In this document: piece by piece, positions 25,391 to 37,260 of the stretch
Numbering within the stretch: the first letter of the stretch is position 1
How the letters are laid out: the number at the start of each line of letters is the position of its first letter
DNA from: Mobula hypostoma
Taxonomy: Eukaryota
Assembly: GCF_963921235.1 (NCBI RefSeq)
Contig: NC_086109.1
Coordinates: forward strand, 15,688,001-15,752,000
Reading direction: 5' to 3'
Length of the DNA stretch: 64,000 nucleotides
Notes under the pieces: model-generated
Databases searched by the model: none
The model's input: only the letters and a program-made list of their open reading frames with translations
What the model was told of the DNA's origin: nothing
Position numbers and translations under genes: made by a program

Positions 25391-27756
25391 ATTTACAATA
25401 CTGGCCTTGATCCATCTCGTCCTACTCTTAATTAAGAAAATGAAGAGAGATTTAGGACCTTGGGTTCTGCTTGTTTGGCCGTACGAGGTCCACATTGGTG
25501 ACTGGTAAAGCCCTACTGAATTTTGTCTCGTACCATTTCACACACTCTCACACACTCACACTCTCTCTCACACACCACATTCTACAAGCTCTGCAAAACC
25601 ACAATGTGACATATTCTGCCCACTCATTCCAGTGATCCTGAAAAATAAAACCATAGTGACCACGGTTCAATTCTGTTGCCTGAGCAACGGACAGTTGCAA
25701 CAGAGAAATTCTTCCCATTGGATCAAAGGAAGTGGAAGGTCAGAGTTTGTATATCTTTCCAAGAAAGGGAAACCACCTCCAGAAGGTGACTGTGGACAGC
25801 TAATAGAACACAAATTTCCTTGCTAATGAACCCAACATCATCAACAGCAAAGAAAAAAAAATAATATGCCTCATTGTGTTCCTAAAAGGTGCAAATTAAT
25901 CCCTGATTGACAGGTGGTTGTGTTAACCTAGCTGTCGATTGATATTCTATAAATGGCTGCTGTTTCCTGCTTAATATTCTGCAGTGGAATATGAGAACAG
26001 TTTCACACCACAGAATCAGTAAATGAGGATTAAAGAAAAAAAAGAGGAATCATGTACAAGACAGTGAGTAATTGAGTATGTCCCTGTAAAATAAAACACA
26101 AACATTCTCACACCACCCACATGAACTAGCTGCTGTTTACATCACCAAATCTGTGCTAGGCAATCTCAGAGATGCTGCCCCTTCTGAGTTGCTTGGATAA
26201 AAAGAATCACTTGTAATTTCTACAACATCCAAAAGCCATTATAGCCAATGAAGCACTTTTCAAGTGGAGTCACTGAAGTAATACAGGAAATTGAAACTGC
26301 ACACATTGTGTGTTGATGAGTTGAGAAATTATCCTGTGATGTTAACAGAGGATTAAATATTGTCCAGGATTTTATCTGAAGAGATTTATTTTTCACACCC
26401 CCACCTCAACGTCCCCAAAGGAATGCAAGGTGTTCCTTTCCTCCACTAGCTTGCAGGTCACCCTTGGGCAAGGTGTACCAAACTGTACCACCTGCTTAGC
26501 CACACCCCCCCCCCCCAACCGATCAGGGTGACAGGAAGCCCATGGGAGCAGGTGGTGCATGGTCATCTGAGCAGATGGTGCATATCACAAGTCTTGACTA
26601 CTGACACCAGGCAGACAATCTCTGAGGAGTATTCAGAACGGTTGAGATCTTGCGGAGATACTGCCCAGAAGGCGGCAATGGCAAACCACTTTTGTAGAAA
26701 AATTTGCCAAGAACAATCATGGTCATGGATAACACTGTGATCGCACACGTCCATACGACACGGTACATTAGGAATGAATGAACATATAAAGACAAAGAAT
26801 TTAATTCAGGGGTTCCCAACCTGGAGTCAACAGACCTCTTTTTAATGGTATTCGTCCATGGCATAAAAAAAATTGGGAATCGTTGATCTAGTTTAACTTG
26901 TTGGATGGGGATGTAGAATTGTTACCTTTCTTATAGGTTATCTTTTCTATGCTTGTGTGTAATTTTATACAATCACCTATATACAGTCAGTGGCCACTTT
27001 ATTAACACCCTCCTGTACCTAAATAAGTGGCTACTATTTGTGATCTTCTTCTGCTGTAGCCTATCCACTTCAACGTGTTGTGTATTCAGAGATGCACTTT
27101 TGCTCACCACTGTTGTAATGCATGGTTATTTGAGTTACAATTACCTTCATGTCAGCTTGAAACAATTTGGCCATTCACCTCTGATCAAAGTTATCTTCCT
27201 TCCTCAAAGTAGAGGTTTCCACCCTCCACCACTGATGTTGCCTTCACCCTCATTTTTTGCATCCATTTCCCGAACATCCATGCTCACCCCATCTTCCCGC
27301 CACCTCAACAGTGGCAGAGTTCCACTTGTCCTCACCTACCACCCCATGACCCTCCATATCCAACACATCATTCCACCATTTCCAAAGGGATACACAAATC
27401 TCCCAACTATTGATAGATCAGGCATTTGATGTGCTAAGTGATGGCATCAGTCTGGTTTGCAGGCTTCGTTGAACTAAATAAGTAGGCTGGTATTGTCTAG
27501 TTTGATGCATGCCAATTAACATAACCCCATTGTCTTACACTGCACACCTTGAGCAGCCAGTCCTGAGCTGTGGGCCAGCATCCTGTGTTCTATAGATCGT
27601 GCAGTTTGTTTGCAAAACTATCCATTTAACTTCATACTTGATTATTTCTTGCCATTTGCATTAAGAACTGAAGACCTGCTTCTTGTTTACGACAAGAGGC
27701 TGAGCAAGGAATATCAATAGGGAGTTTAACTTGCTCAAAACAACTTTTTGAACCCT

Positions 27757-27995
27757 GCAACACACATCAAAGTTGCTGGTGAACGCAGCAGGCCAGGCAG
27801 CATCTCTAGGAGGAGGCACAGTCGATAAGAAATCTCTTACTAGCTCTTCCTTCAGTTAGTCCTGACGAAGGGTCTCGGCCAGAAACGTCGACTGTACCTC
27901 CTCCTAGAGATGCTGCCTGACCTGCTGCGTTCACCAGCAAGTTTGATGTGTGTTGCTTGAATTTCCAGCATCTGCAGAATTCCTGTTGTTTGCGT
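27757..27995. repeat. Fold-back Penelope-derived element, 69-bp inverted arms
   Basis: 27757-27825 versus 27888-27956 match at 66/69 positions as reverse complements. Confidence 0.85.
27857..27894 (+). ncRNA. Minimal type I hammerhead ribozyme motif (Penelope-type)
   Basis: TAGTC CTGACGA A GGGTC TC GGCCA GAAA C GTC GACTG: stem I TAGTC/GACTG, conserved core, stem II, loopless palindromic stem III ACGT, GUC cleavage triplet. Confidence 0.7.
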
Positions 27996-28669
27996 TTTTG
28001 ATCCCTGGAAGTGTCAGCTGCTGTGATAGAAAACTGAGCTTGACAAAAGGGTACTTCCCCCAACCACCCCACCCCCAGCCCCGGACAGTGAATATCCAGT
28101 ACAACAAGCAATGCAATGGCACGTTATAATCCATTGCCACAATTTAGCTCAGCTAGAAGGGGAGTATTATGGACAGTCATGACAATGTGGCATGTTTAGC
28201 CTCATGACCTAGGACAAATTTCTCCTAAACACCTTCAAAGATCCTCACCATCCAGTCCACGCTCTTTCTCGCTGGTGCCGTCAGATAGAAGGTTCAAAAA
28301 CAGTTACTACCCCTCAACCATCAGGCTCTTGAACAAACGGGGATAGCCACACTCAATTAAGGACTCTGTTATATTGTTATTTCATGTTCGTTATTTATTG
28401 TTATTTAATTATATCTGCATTTGCACAGGTTGTTTACAACTTACAGTACCTGTTTACAGTTACTGTTTTATAGATTTGCTAAGTAAGCCTGCAGGAAAAG
28501 AATCTCAGGGTTGTATGTGGTGACATGTATGTGCTCTGGTAATAAATTTTACAAAAAAAAAAACAAATTTCATGACTTATTTGAGTGATGATAGCCCTGA
28601 TGCTGATATGGGTCTCTATTGTGGACTGAGAGTGGGAAGGGGGCAGGCAGAGGGAAGTCATGGTTGGGA

Positions 28670-29840
28670 AAAGAGGGGAGTGAGAGAGGAGTGGAGGGGA
28701 GGGATGTGAGAGAAAGGGGAGGGGAGGGAGTGTGTGAGAGAGGGAAATGGTGGGAGTGTGTGAGAAAGGGGAGGGGAGGGAGTGTGTGAGAGAGAGGAGA
28801 TGGGAGGGAGTGTGAGAGAGAGGAGGGGAGGGAGTGTGTGAGAGAGGAGAGGGGTGGGAGTGTGTGAGGGGGAGAGGGGTGGGATTGTGTGAGGGGGAGA
28901 GGGGTGGGAGTGTGTGAGAGAGAGGGGAGGGGAGGGAGTCTGTGAGAGAAGGGAGGGAGTGTGTGAGAGAGGGAAGGGGGTGTGTGAGAGGGAGAGAGGG
29001 GAGGGAGTGTGAGAGAGGGGGAGAGGGGAGGGAGTGTGAGAGAGGGGAGATGGGAGGGAGTGTGAGAGAGGGGAGATGGGAGGGAGTGTGAGAGAGAGGA
29101 GGGGGAGGGAGTGTGTGAGGGGGAGAGGGGTGGGAGTGTGTGAGGGGGAGAGTGGTGGGATTGTGTGAGGGGGAGAGGGGTGGGATTGTGTGAGGGGGAG
29201 AGGGGTGGGAGTGTGTGAGAGAGGGGGAGGGGAGGGGAGGGAGTGTGTGAGAGGGAGGGGAGGGAGTCTGTGAGAGAGAGGGGAGGGGAGGGAGTCTGTG
29301 AGAGGGAGGGGAGGGGAGGGAGTCTGTGAGAGAGAGGGAGGGGAGGGAGCGTGTGAGAGAAAGGAGAGTGGAGGGAGTGTGAGAGAGGAGAGGGGAGGAA
29401 GTGTGTGAGAGTGGGGAGAGGGGAGGGAGTCTGAGAGAGGGGAGAGGGGAGGGAGTCTGAGAGAGGGGAGAGGGGAGGGAGTCTGAGAGAGAGAGGAGGG
29501 GAGGGAGTCTGAGAGAGGGGAGAGGGGAGGGAGTCTGAGAGAGGGGAGAGGGGAGAGAGTGTGAGAGAGAGGGGAGGGGAGGGAGTGTGAGAGAGGGGAG
29601 GGGAGGGAGTGTGAGAGATGGGAGAGGGGAGGGAGTGTGAGAGAGGGAGAGGGGAGGGAGTGTGTGAGAGAGGAGGGGGAGGGAGTGTGAGAGAGGAGAG
29701 GAGAGGGAGTGTGTGAGAGAGGGGAGGGGAGAGAGTGTGTGAGAGAGGGGAGGGGAGGGAGTGTGTGAGAGAGGGGAGGAGAGGGAGTGTGTGAGAGAGG
29801 AGAGGAGAGGGAGTGTGTGAGAGAGGGGAGGGAGTGAGAA
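28670..29840. repeat. Purine-rich minisatellite, about 25-30 bp variable unit (GGGAGTGTGTGAGAGAGGGGAGAGGGGA-like)
   Basis: About 1.17 kb almost entirely G/A with periodic GTGT/GTCT. Confidence 0.95.
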
Positions 29841-31911
29841 GCACCAGATCTGTAATGATCAACAAAACAAAACAAATAAAACAATTGTTTGGAATCAACT
29901 GACCTTTCCCAGAGTCTTGGAGCTGGATGTGTCTGCACACGCAATAACCCCCACCCTGGCACTCTTTCTCTGCCACCTGTCCCACGCCCCTTTTGCGATG
30001 CTCCACCCTCACCATTCCCAACATCCTTTCCTCTTACCAAATTTACAAACTTGCTCTCTGTTCCACATTGATAAATACCGTACTCTGCAAATGTCTTAGA
30101 GTCTCTAGCTATATACATGTGCCTTTTTTGCACAGTAGTGTATTAGAGGGAATACAACCACTGGGAAGCCCAGTGCAAGTCCAAAACTACAGTGCACAGA
30201 TGCATGATAAGAGGGGAGAGATATTGCAGCGATCCAAGAAGAAAGATTGAACTTTTCTCCTTGGAGAGGAGGAAGATGAGAGGTGACCTGGTAGAAGTGT
30301 ACAGGATGATAACAGGCATTAACAACCAGTGCCTTATTCCCAGGGAGTCAATGGCTAATATGAAAGGCATAATCTTAATGTGATTAGAGGAAAGAATAGT
30401 GTGTGATATCAGAACACAACATCAGACAGTTAAAAGACTCTTAGCACATGGATGAGAGAAAAATGGAGGACTGTGTGGGAGGGTAGCATATGATTAATCT
30501 TGGAGTAGGTGAAAAAGCTGGCACGACATTGTGGGAATAAGAACGTGTACCGAGCTGTACTACTCTGGGTTCTATGTAACTTCTTTGCATAGAGGTTTGA
30601 GAGCTGCTGGATGAAGAGGTCAAGGCCAGTACAATTGCAACAATTAAGAGGTATTTGAATAAGTACATGGAGGGAGGGGCTTGGGGAATTACAGGCTGAA
30701 CGCGGGAAATCGGGAATAGCAGGGAGGATGGTGTGGACTAAAGGGTTTGGTTCCATGCTCTACTACTAGACTATAAGACAAAGGAGCAGAAGTCGGCCAT
30801 TCAGCCCATCGAGTCTGCTCTGCCATTTTATCATGAGCTGATCCATTCTCCCATTTAGTCCCACTCCCCCACCTTCTCACCATAACCTTTGATGCCCTGG
30901 CTACTCAGATACCTATCAATCTCTGCCTTAAATACACCCAATGACTTGGCCTCCACTGCTGCCCATGGCAACAAATTCCATAGATTCACCACCCTATGAC
31001 TAAAAAAATTTCTTTGCATTTCTGTTTTGAATGGGTGCCCTTCAATCCTTACTCTATGACTCTAACAAGTGCTTCTTTACAATTGAAGTGTGGAGGACAC
31101 CATGGCGTTTAACCATGAATAACTTGCTGGTAAGATACTGTGTAGGCAATTTCACAGTCACTGAGATCTGGGAATCTTGTATTTGCACAGTCACAGACAC
31201 ATAGCAGCCTGCGTGTGAGATACAGACAGAACTGAACTGGATTTTACAAGCTGTCACACACAACACCTGTCTGACCGGAACGATAGGCAGAGTGTTAATG
31301 TCACCGATGCACTGTTTTAATTAATGCAGAGGGCTACTGAGATGAACTTGCAGTTTGTGAGGCTGCCTGCTCAGTTAAGCAAATGTGCAAACAGCCACTC
31401 CCACGCATAGCAAACCAGCAACAAACATCTGCACTCCCATCAGTACACAGGCACAGAGATGTAGACATACAAATCAATGCACAATTACATTTTCCATTCA
31501 CTGCATAATGACCTTGGAAACGGGAGCCATAGTGTTACATTACTGAATGCCATCATTCCCACTCAAACACTCCAAAGGGACATGATTTTCATTCGACTTT
31601 TTCTGAAAGCACACTTTCACACTCTGAGAGTACCACAAAGAAAGAAGGACCTCTGTAAATATATAGAGCCTTTAACTGCCTCCGTAACCCTCTTGGTTCT
31701 ATGCAGTCAATAAAGTATTTTTCATCTGAAGTTACTGTTAAGAGGAAGCTGATTTGTGCACTGCAACTTCCCATGAACAATAATGTGATGGTACCAGTAA
31801 ACCTAGTTTACTGATGTAACTGAGTGATGCATATTCTCCAGGACGAACTAACCTTCATCAGTTAAGAACTCCCTTGATTTTTGACTGAAATCGCACGGTG
31901 GGACCTTTTTT

Positions 31912-32765
31912 AAAGTTCAAAAGTTCAAAGTAAAACTTATTATCAGAGTACATATATGTCACCACATACAACCCTGAGATTCTTTTCCCTATGGGCATAA
32001 TCGGCAAATAGTAACTGTAAACAGGATCAATGAAAGAGCAAGCACATAGAAGATAACAAACTATGCAAATATTAATAAACAGCAATAAATAATGAGAGCA
32101 TGAAATAACAACATAAAGAGTCCTTAAAGTGAGATCATTAGTTGTGGGAACATCTCAATAGGTGAATGTAGTTATCTTCTTTTGTTCAAGAGCCTGATGG
32201 TTGAGCTGTAGTAACTGTTCTTGAACCTGGTAGTGTGCATCCTGAGGCTCCTGTACCATCTCCCTAATGGTTACAGCGAGAAAAAAACATGGCTTGGGTG
32301 GTGAGGGTCATTGAGGATGGATGCTGCTTTCCTACAACAGTGTTTCATGTAGATGAGCTCAATGGTTGGGAGGGCTTTACTCGTGATGTACTGGGCCAAA
32401 TCCACTACCTTTTGTAGGAATTTCTGCTCAAAGGCATTGGTGTTCCCATGCCAGGTCGTAATTCAGCCAGTCAATACACTTTCCACTACACATTGTTAGA
32501 AGTTTGTCAATGTTTTTGATGACAACCAAATCTCCACAGATTCCCAAGGCAGTAGAGGTGTTGTTGTGCTTTCTTTGCAATTACATTTATATGGTGGGTC
32601 CAGGACAGGTCCTCCACGATAGTGAAATCCAGGAATTTAAAGTTACTGACCTCTCTACCTCTGATCCTCCAATGAGTACTGGCTCATGGACCTCTGGTTT
32701 CCCTCTCCGGAAGTCTACAATCAGTTGCTTGGTCTTGCTGACGTTCAGAGAGAGATTTAGTCTGT
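31912..32765 (-). mobile_element. Rex/Babar- or L2-like LINE 3' fragment; related pieces at about 24740-24990, 28235-28550, 38140-38765, 58090-58690, 63410-63835
   Basis: ORF 32587..32814(-) NLSLNVSKTKQLIVDFRR; ORF 38158..38493 RWYRNLRTCTTRFRDSYYP; shared 3'UTR AATCTCAGGGTTGTAT.TGGTGACAT and (TTTGAAC)n tail. Confidence 0.75.
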
Positions 32766-33621
32766 GTGCGAAAGTGGACGGGAACCTAATAGCCCCTTGA
32801 TCAAAAGGCAGCATTTTCGGTGGCCAATTGAATGCACCCCGTGGCAGATTAATCCCTTTGGATACTGAACACTACTTATACTTCCCCCCAGTCCTACTCC
32901 AGGAACCTGTGAATGAGTAATATAGTTGAGTATGAATAATAATATTTTTTTTCTATTTGCATAGTTTGTCTACTCTTACACATTGGTGGCTTGCCAGTCT
33001 GAGTAGTCTTTTATTATTGATTCTATTGTATGTCTATGTTGTACTACGAATGACTGCAAGAAAATGAATCTCAAGGCAACATCTACATACTTTGACAATA
33101 AATTTACTTTTGAGAATGATGGTTATCATACTGGTACAATCTTGGGGGATTGCTGTATGGTCAGACTGCTACACTTCCCGCTGCCTCTGGAAATCAGTCA
33201 ATACCATCAAGGTTCCTTCCCACACCAGATATTCTCTCTTCCACTCCCCCCCCCCCCATCAATTATCAGATACAAAAGTCTGAAATCACATACCACCAGG
33301 CTTGAGGGCAGCTTCTATCCTGCTGTTCTAAGACTCTTGAACAGGACACTTGTACTTTAAAGACGATTTCCTTCTCTCCCAATCTACCTTGTCTCAGCCC
33401 TTGCACTTTATTTGGCTACCTGCACTGCACATTTTCTGCAACATATTATGCATTTTTTTTCTTTCGTACAACCTCATTGTACTTGTATAGGGAATGATCT
33501 GTTTGGATGTCCTGCAAACAAAAGTTTTTTTTTCCAACTGTATCTCAGTACACCTGACAATAATAAATGAGTTACCAAGTTAAAGAGAAGATCCTTCCAT
33601 TCTCTTGGAATAGTCAAGCTG

Positions 33622-33757
33622 CACTATTAGGAGAGTTATACTAGCTCAGATTAACTTGTGTCCTTTAAACAACGTCATCCAATTGTCTACACTATTAGGA
33701 GAGTTATCAATACTAGCTCAGATTAACTTGTGTCCTAATGTCAACCAACTGTCTACA
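33622..33757. repeat. Local tandem duplication, two copies of about 68 bp
   Basis: CACTATTAGGAGAGTTAT..CTAGCTCAGATTAACTTGTGTCCT..GTCA.CCAA.TGTCTACA occurs twice. Confidence 0.85.
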
Positions 33758-34341
33758 TTACCCAATAGAAAATCCCACACTTTCTGTTGATCCTTGCAGT
33801 GCACATATTACTTACTACATTTCCCATGTTACACTGGAGACTGGGGAGGAATTGGAGAAGCGACGCGGCAGATTGCAACATCAAAACAGCGAGTTGTTGG
33901 TCTTCCCTCACTGTGGCAGGAGCGATATCTCTCGTTAATGAGAGAGAGCCTGTCTGAGATGTCGAAGTTGGGATGGGCAGTAGTTTTTGATGGACTCTGG
34001 GGCTTTGCAATGGCTTGCTTGGTGGGTGGTGGTGGGGGGGGGGGGACGGTGTTGCTGATGCTGGAGCAAGTGGGAGGATGGTGATACTTTTGCTGCCGGT
34101 TGTATGTGGGAGAGGGGAGGGGGCCTTTGGAGTTCTAATGCTTCCTGTCATTCATTCTTTGGGTACTTTTTCTCTGCTTTGTCTGTGAAGAGTAAGAATT
34201 TCAGGTTGAATACTGTATATGTTCTCTGATATTAAATTGAACCATTGAAAAAAAAAACAAATACTTGATTAATGACAGCAATCTTAGACAAACTAAAATA
34301 ATGATAGGTCCTTAATAAATGCAAGTCTTTCTTTAACTTAC

Positions 34342-34358
34342 CTGAAAGAGGTGGGTGC
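34342..34358 (-). other. Candidate 17-nt microexon (GCACCCACCTCTTTCAG) or recursive splice site
   Basis: - strand reads ttaaaccctccttgcactcttgattccag GCACCCACCTCTTTCAG gtaagt. Confidence 0.45.
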
Positions 34359-34699
34359 CTGGAATCAAGAGTGCAAGGAGGGTTTAACAATGAAACAACA
34401 GATACTTTTTGCTATGATTCCATTTACAATGGAGAAGCCTCCAATGGATGGTAGGGCTGCTGCCCAGAGAAAGAAAAATAGTTGCTGTACTCCTCGGGCT
34501 AGGTAGGAAAGCTATTAATATTCAAAAGGGAGGAAAAGAAATTTTAATTTATATGGTTTTGTATCTTGGCACTTTACGCCATAAATGTACTTTTGAAGTT
34601 TAGTTGCTGTGAATTATAATGTAGGAGAGGCAGTACCCAATTACACATAGGAAACTCCTACAAACAGTAATGAAATAATGACCAGCTAAGTAGACCCTA

Positions 34700-35251
34700 A
34701 GGCCACTTTATGAGGTGCCTGCTGTATCTAATAAAGTGGCCATTGAGTATATGTTCATGGTCTTCTGCTGCTGTAGCCCATCCATCCATTCAAAGATTTG
34801 ACGTGATGTGCATTCAGAGATGCCTTTCTGCGCACCACTGTTGTTACACGTAGCTATTTGAGTTACTGTCACTTTCCTGTCAGCTTAAACCAGTCTGGAC
34901 ATTCTCCTCTGACTTCTCTCACTAACAAGGCATCTTCAGTAGATTTATTTTTGCTTTTCTTTCGCACCATTCCCTGTAAATTCTATAGACTGTTGTGTGT
35001 GAAAATCCCAGGAGATCAGCTGCTTTGGAGATACGTACTCAAAACACCCTGTCTGACACCAACAATCATTCCACGGTTAAAGTCACTTAGATCACATTTC
35101 TTCCCTTATTCTGATGTTCAGTCCGAACAACGGAATCTTTGACCATATCGGCATGCTTTTATCCATCGAGTTGCTGCCACATGATTGGCTGATTAGATAT
35201 TTGTGTTAATGAGCAGGTGTACAGATGTACCTAATGAAGTGGCCAATGAGC
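34700..35251 (-). mobile_element. Tc1-type MITE (same family as 70-583)
   Basis: GGCCACTTTAT.AGGT.. and GTACCTAATGAAGTGGCCA termini; same internal body. Confidence 0.8.
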
Positions 35252-36498
35252 GTCTGCTTCTAGTTACATGGGATGAGAGATAATATTGCTGGGACATCTG
35301 CAGAATCTGTTTTCGTTTTGTGCATTAGGTTTCAATAGCAAAGTCCCAGAAAGCACCAGATCTCCCTCTGCAATTTATACCATCTGCATGGAATCTTTCA
35401 AAATGAAACACGTTGCTGCCTGTCTCGACAATGCTGACATCAGTTGGAGCTGGCACCCCCTGTGTCCAGCATTTTATGATGGTAAATGCATCCTCTCTGT
35501 GGCAGCACTCTCACGTCTGAATCAGAAGGTGATAGGTTCAACTCCCACTCAAGACACTTAAGCATGAAATCTAGCTGAGCAGTCATCTCCTGGGAGATGC
35601 AGTACCAAGGCCTCTTTTAACCTCTCAAGAAACCAGTTAAAGACATTTCCAAGGTCTCACGACGCTAAATGTTGCTGATATATATATATTTTTTCTGCAT
35701 TATGGGTCATATCTCATGCACCACACCATGACCTTTTGACATACATCTCCTCTCCGGTTAAAACTTGGTATTCCTGTGATATCCCATATTCCTGTTCTAA
35801 CCAGGAGTCAGTTTACTTCGCCTTTGATATTAAGCAGGATCAGACATTTGCAGGCTACTAGCAACAGGCAATCCCTGCTCAGGGAGGAAGCATCATATCC
35901 TACAGCTTGGTTCTAAAGAGATGCCGAGCTCTCCCTGGTTTCCAGTCAGTATTTGTCCCACAGTCAACAATGCTATAACAGCTTGGGCAAGATGGTGCTG
36001 ATGGTCAGCAATGACGTTGCAATGCGTAGCAGTCCGATGGACATATTGTTTCTCTCACTGCACCTCTAAACTCAACACTGGTTCCAGACCTTTGAGTCCT
36101 CTAAATGAAGCAGAATGCTTTCCTTTCTCATCAGATTTCTGAAGAGTCCAGGAACACTACCTCGTGATTTCTCCTTATTTATTTTTTATATATTTTATCA
36201 TAACTTATAGTAATTTTGTGTATTTCATTATACTGCTGCTGCAAAACAACTAATTTGACAAAGTTAGTTATAAATAATAAACTAGTTCTAGTTCAAACTG
36301 CAAAGTAAATTTATTGTCGAAGTATGTATATGTTGCCATATACTATCCAGAGAATTATTTTCTTGAGGGCATTCACTGTAGGACAAAGAAATAGAACATA
36401 TTCCATGAAAATTTACACACAAAGACTGACAAGCCACAGAAGTGCAAAAGAAGGCAAAGCAAATACAAAATAAAACAGATAATAATAAGAATAAATAA

Positions 36499-37260
36499 TT
36501 TCACAGAAACAGAAGGGTTCTTTGTGGCAATGCAGGACCAGGTCGTTAACACAAAAAAATTATCAAAAATAATTAATAAAAGACCAACAAATTCAAGATG
36601 ATAAATGTAGAAAATGCCAAGGAAAAAAAAACAGAAACAATCCAACACATTACAGGATCCTGTAGCAGTTTAACTCAATCTGATTACTTACACAGGCACA
36701 ATCAAGTGGCAGATATCATTCATCAGAATCTTGCCTTAAAATACAAACTCATAAATGAAATCACTCCTTACTGTAAATAAAACCCTGATCCAGTTTTAGA
36801 GTCAGATTACCATAAATTATATTATGACTGATCAGTTATTACAGATAGGACAATCCATAATAACTGTCTGGATATAATAATACAGGTTAAACAAGCATGA
36901 ACAACTCATTTTATAGATATAGCTATTCCAAACACACATAACATATAAAAATTAATAAGTGAAAAACATCAGAAATATGTTGAATTAAAAGAGGAAATTG
37001 AAAGACCGTGGAACATAAACAGGGTATACATTGTCCCGATAGTAATATCTAGGACTGATATCATCCCAAAGGCACTACACAATAGCATTAAACAATTAGG
37101 GCTACACAGCAGGATCCACGTAAATCTTCAGAAAGCCACGATACTAAACAGCAGTAGAATAGTACGGAAGTTACTAGCAATTGACAAATGAACATGATTG
37201 TCTATGCCCACACCTCAGGTTTTACCAGCCTGTGCCAAGAAAATAAATAAATAAATAAAT
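36499..37260 (+). mobile_element. R4/Dong-clade non-LTR retrotransposon 3' fragment (zinc knuckle plus restriction-like endonuclease)
   Basis: ETEGFFVAMQDQVVNT..DKCRKC..ETIQHITGSC..YLHRHNQVA..DII..IDIAIP..EKHQKY.ELKEEIER.W..VPIVIS..LQKATIL..RIVRKLL; (TAAA)n tail. Confidence 0.8.

Noticed and set aside
28570..30133. Two long ORFs (484 and 491 aa, - strand) rich in P/S/L/H/T
   Set aside because: They span the C/T-rich strand of a minisatellite that lacks stop codons in overlapping frames; no domain or codon signal
33622..33757. Repeat-spacer-repeat resembling a CRISPR unit
   Set aside because: Only two copies, the 'spacer' is duplicated too, and the context is eukaryotic; simple tandem duplication
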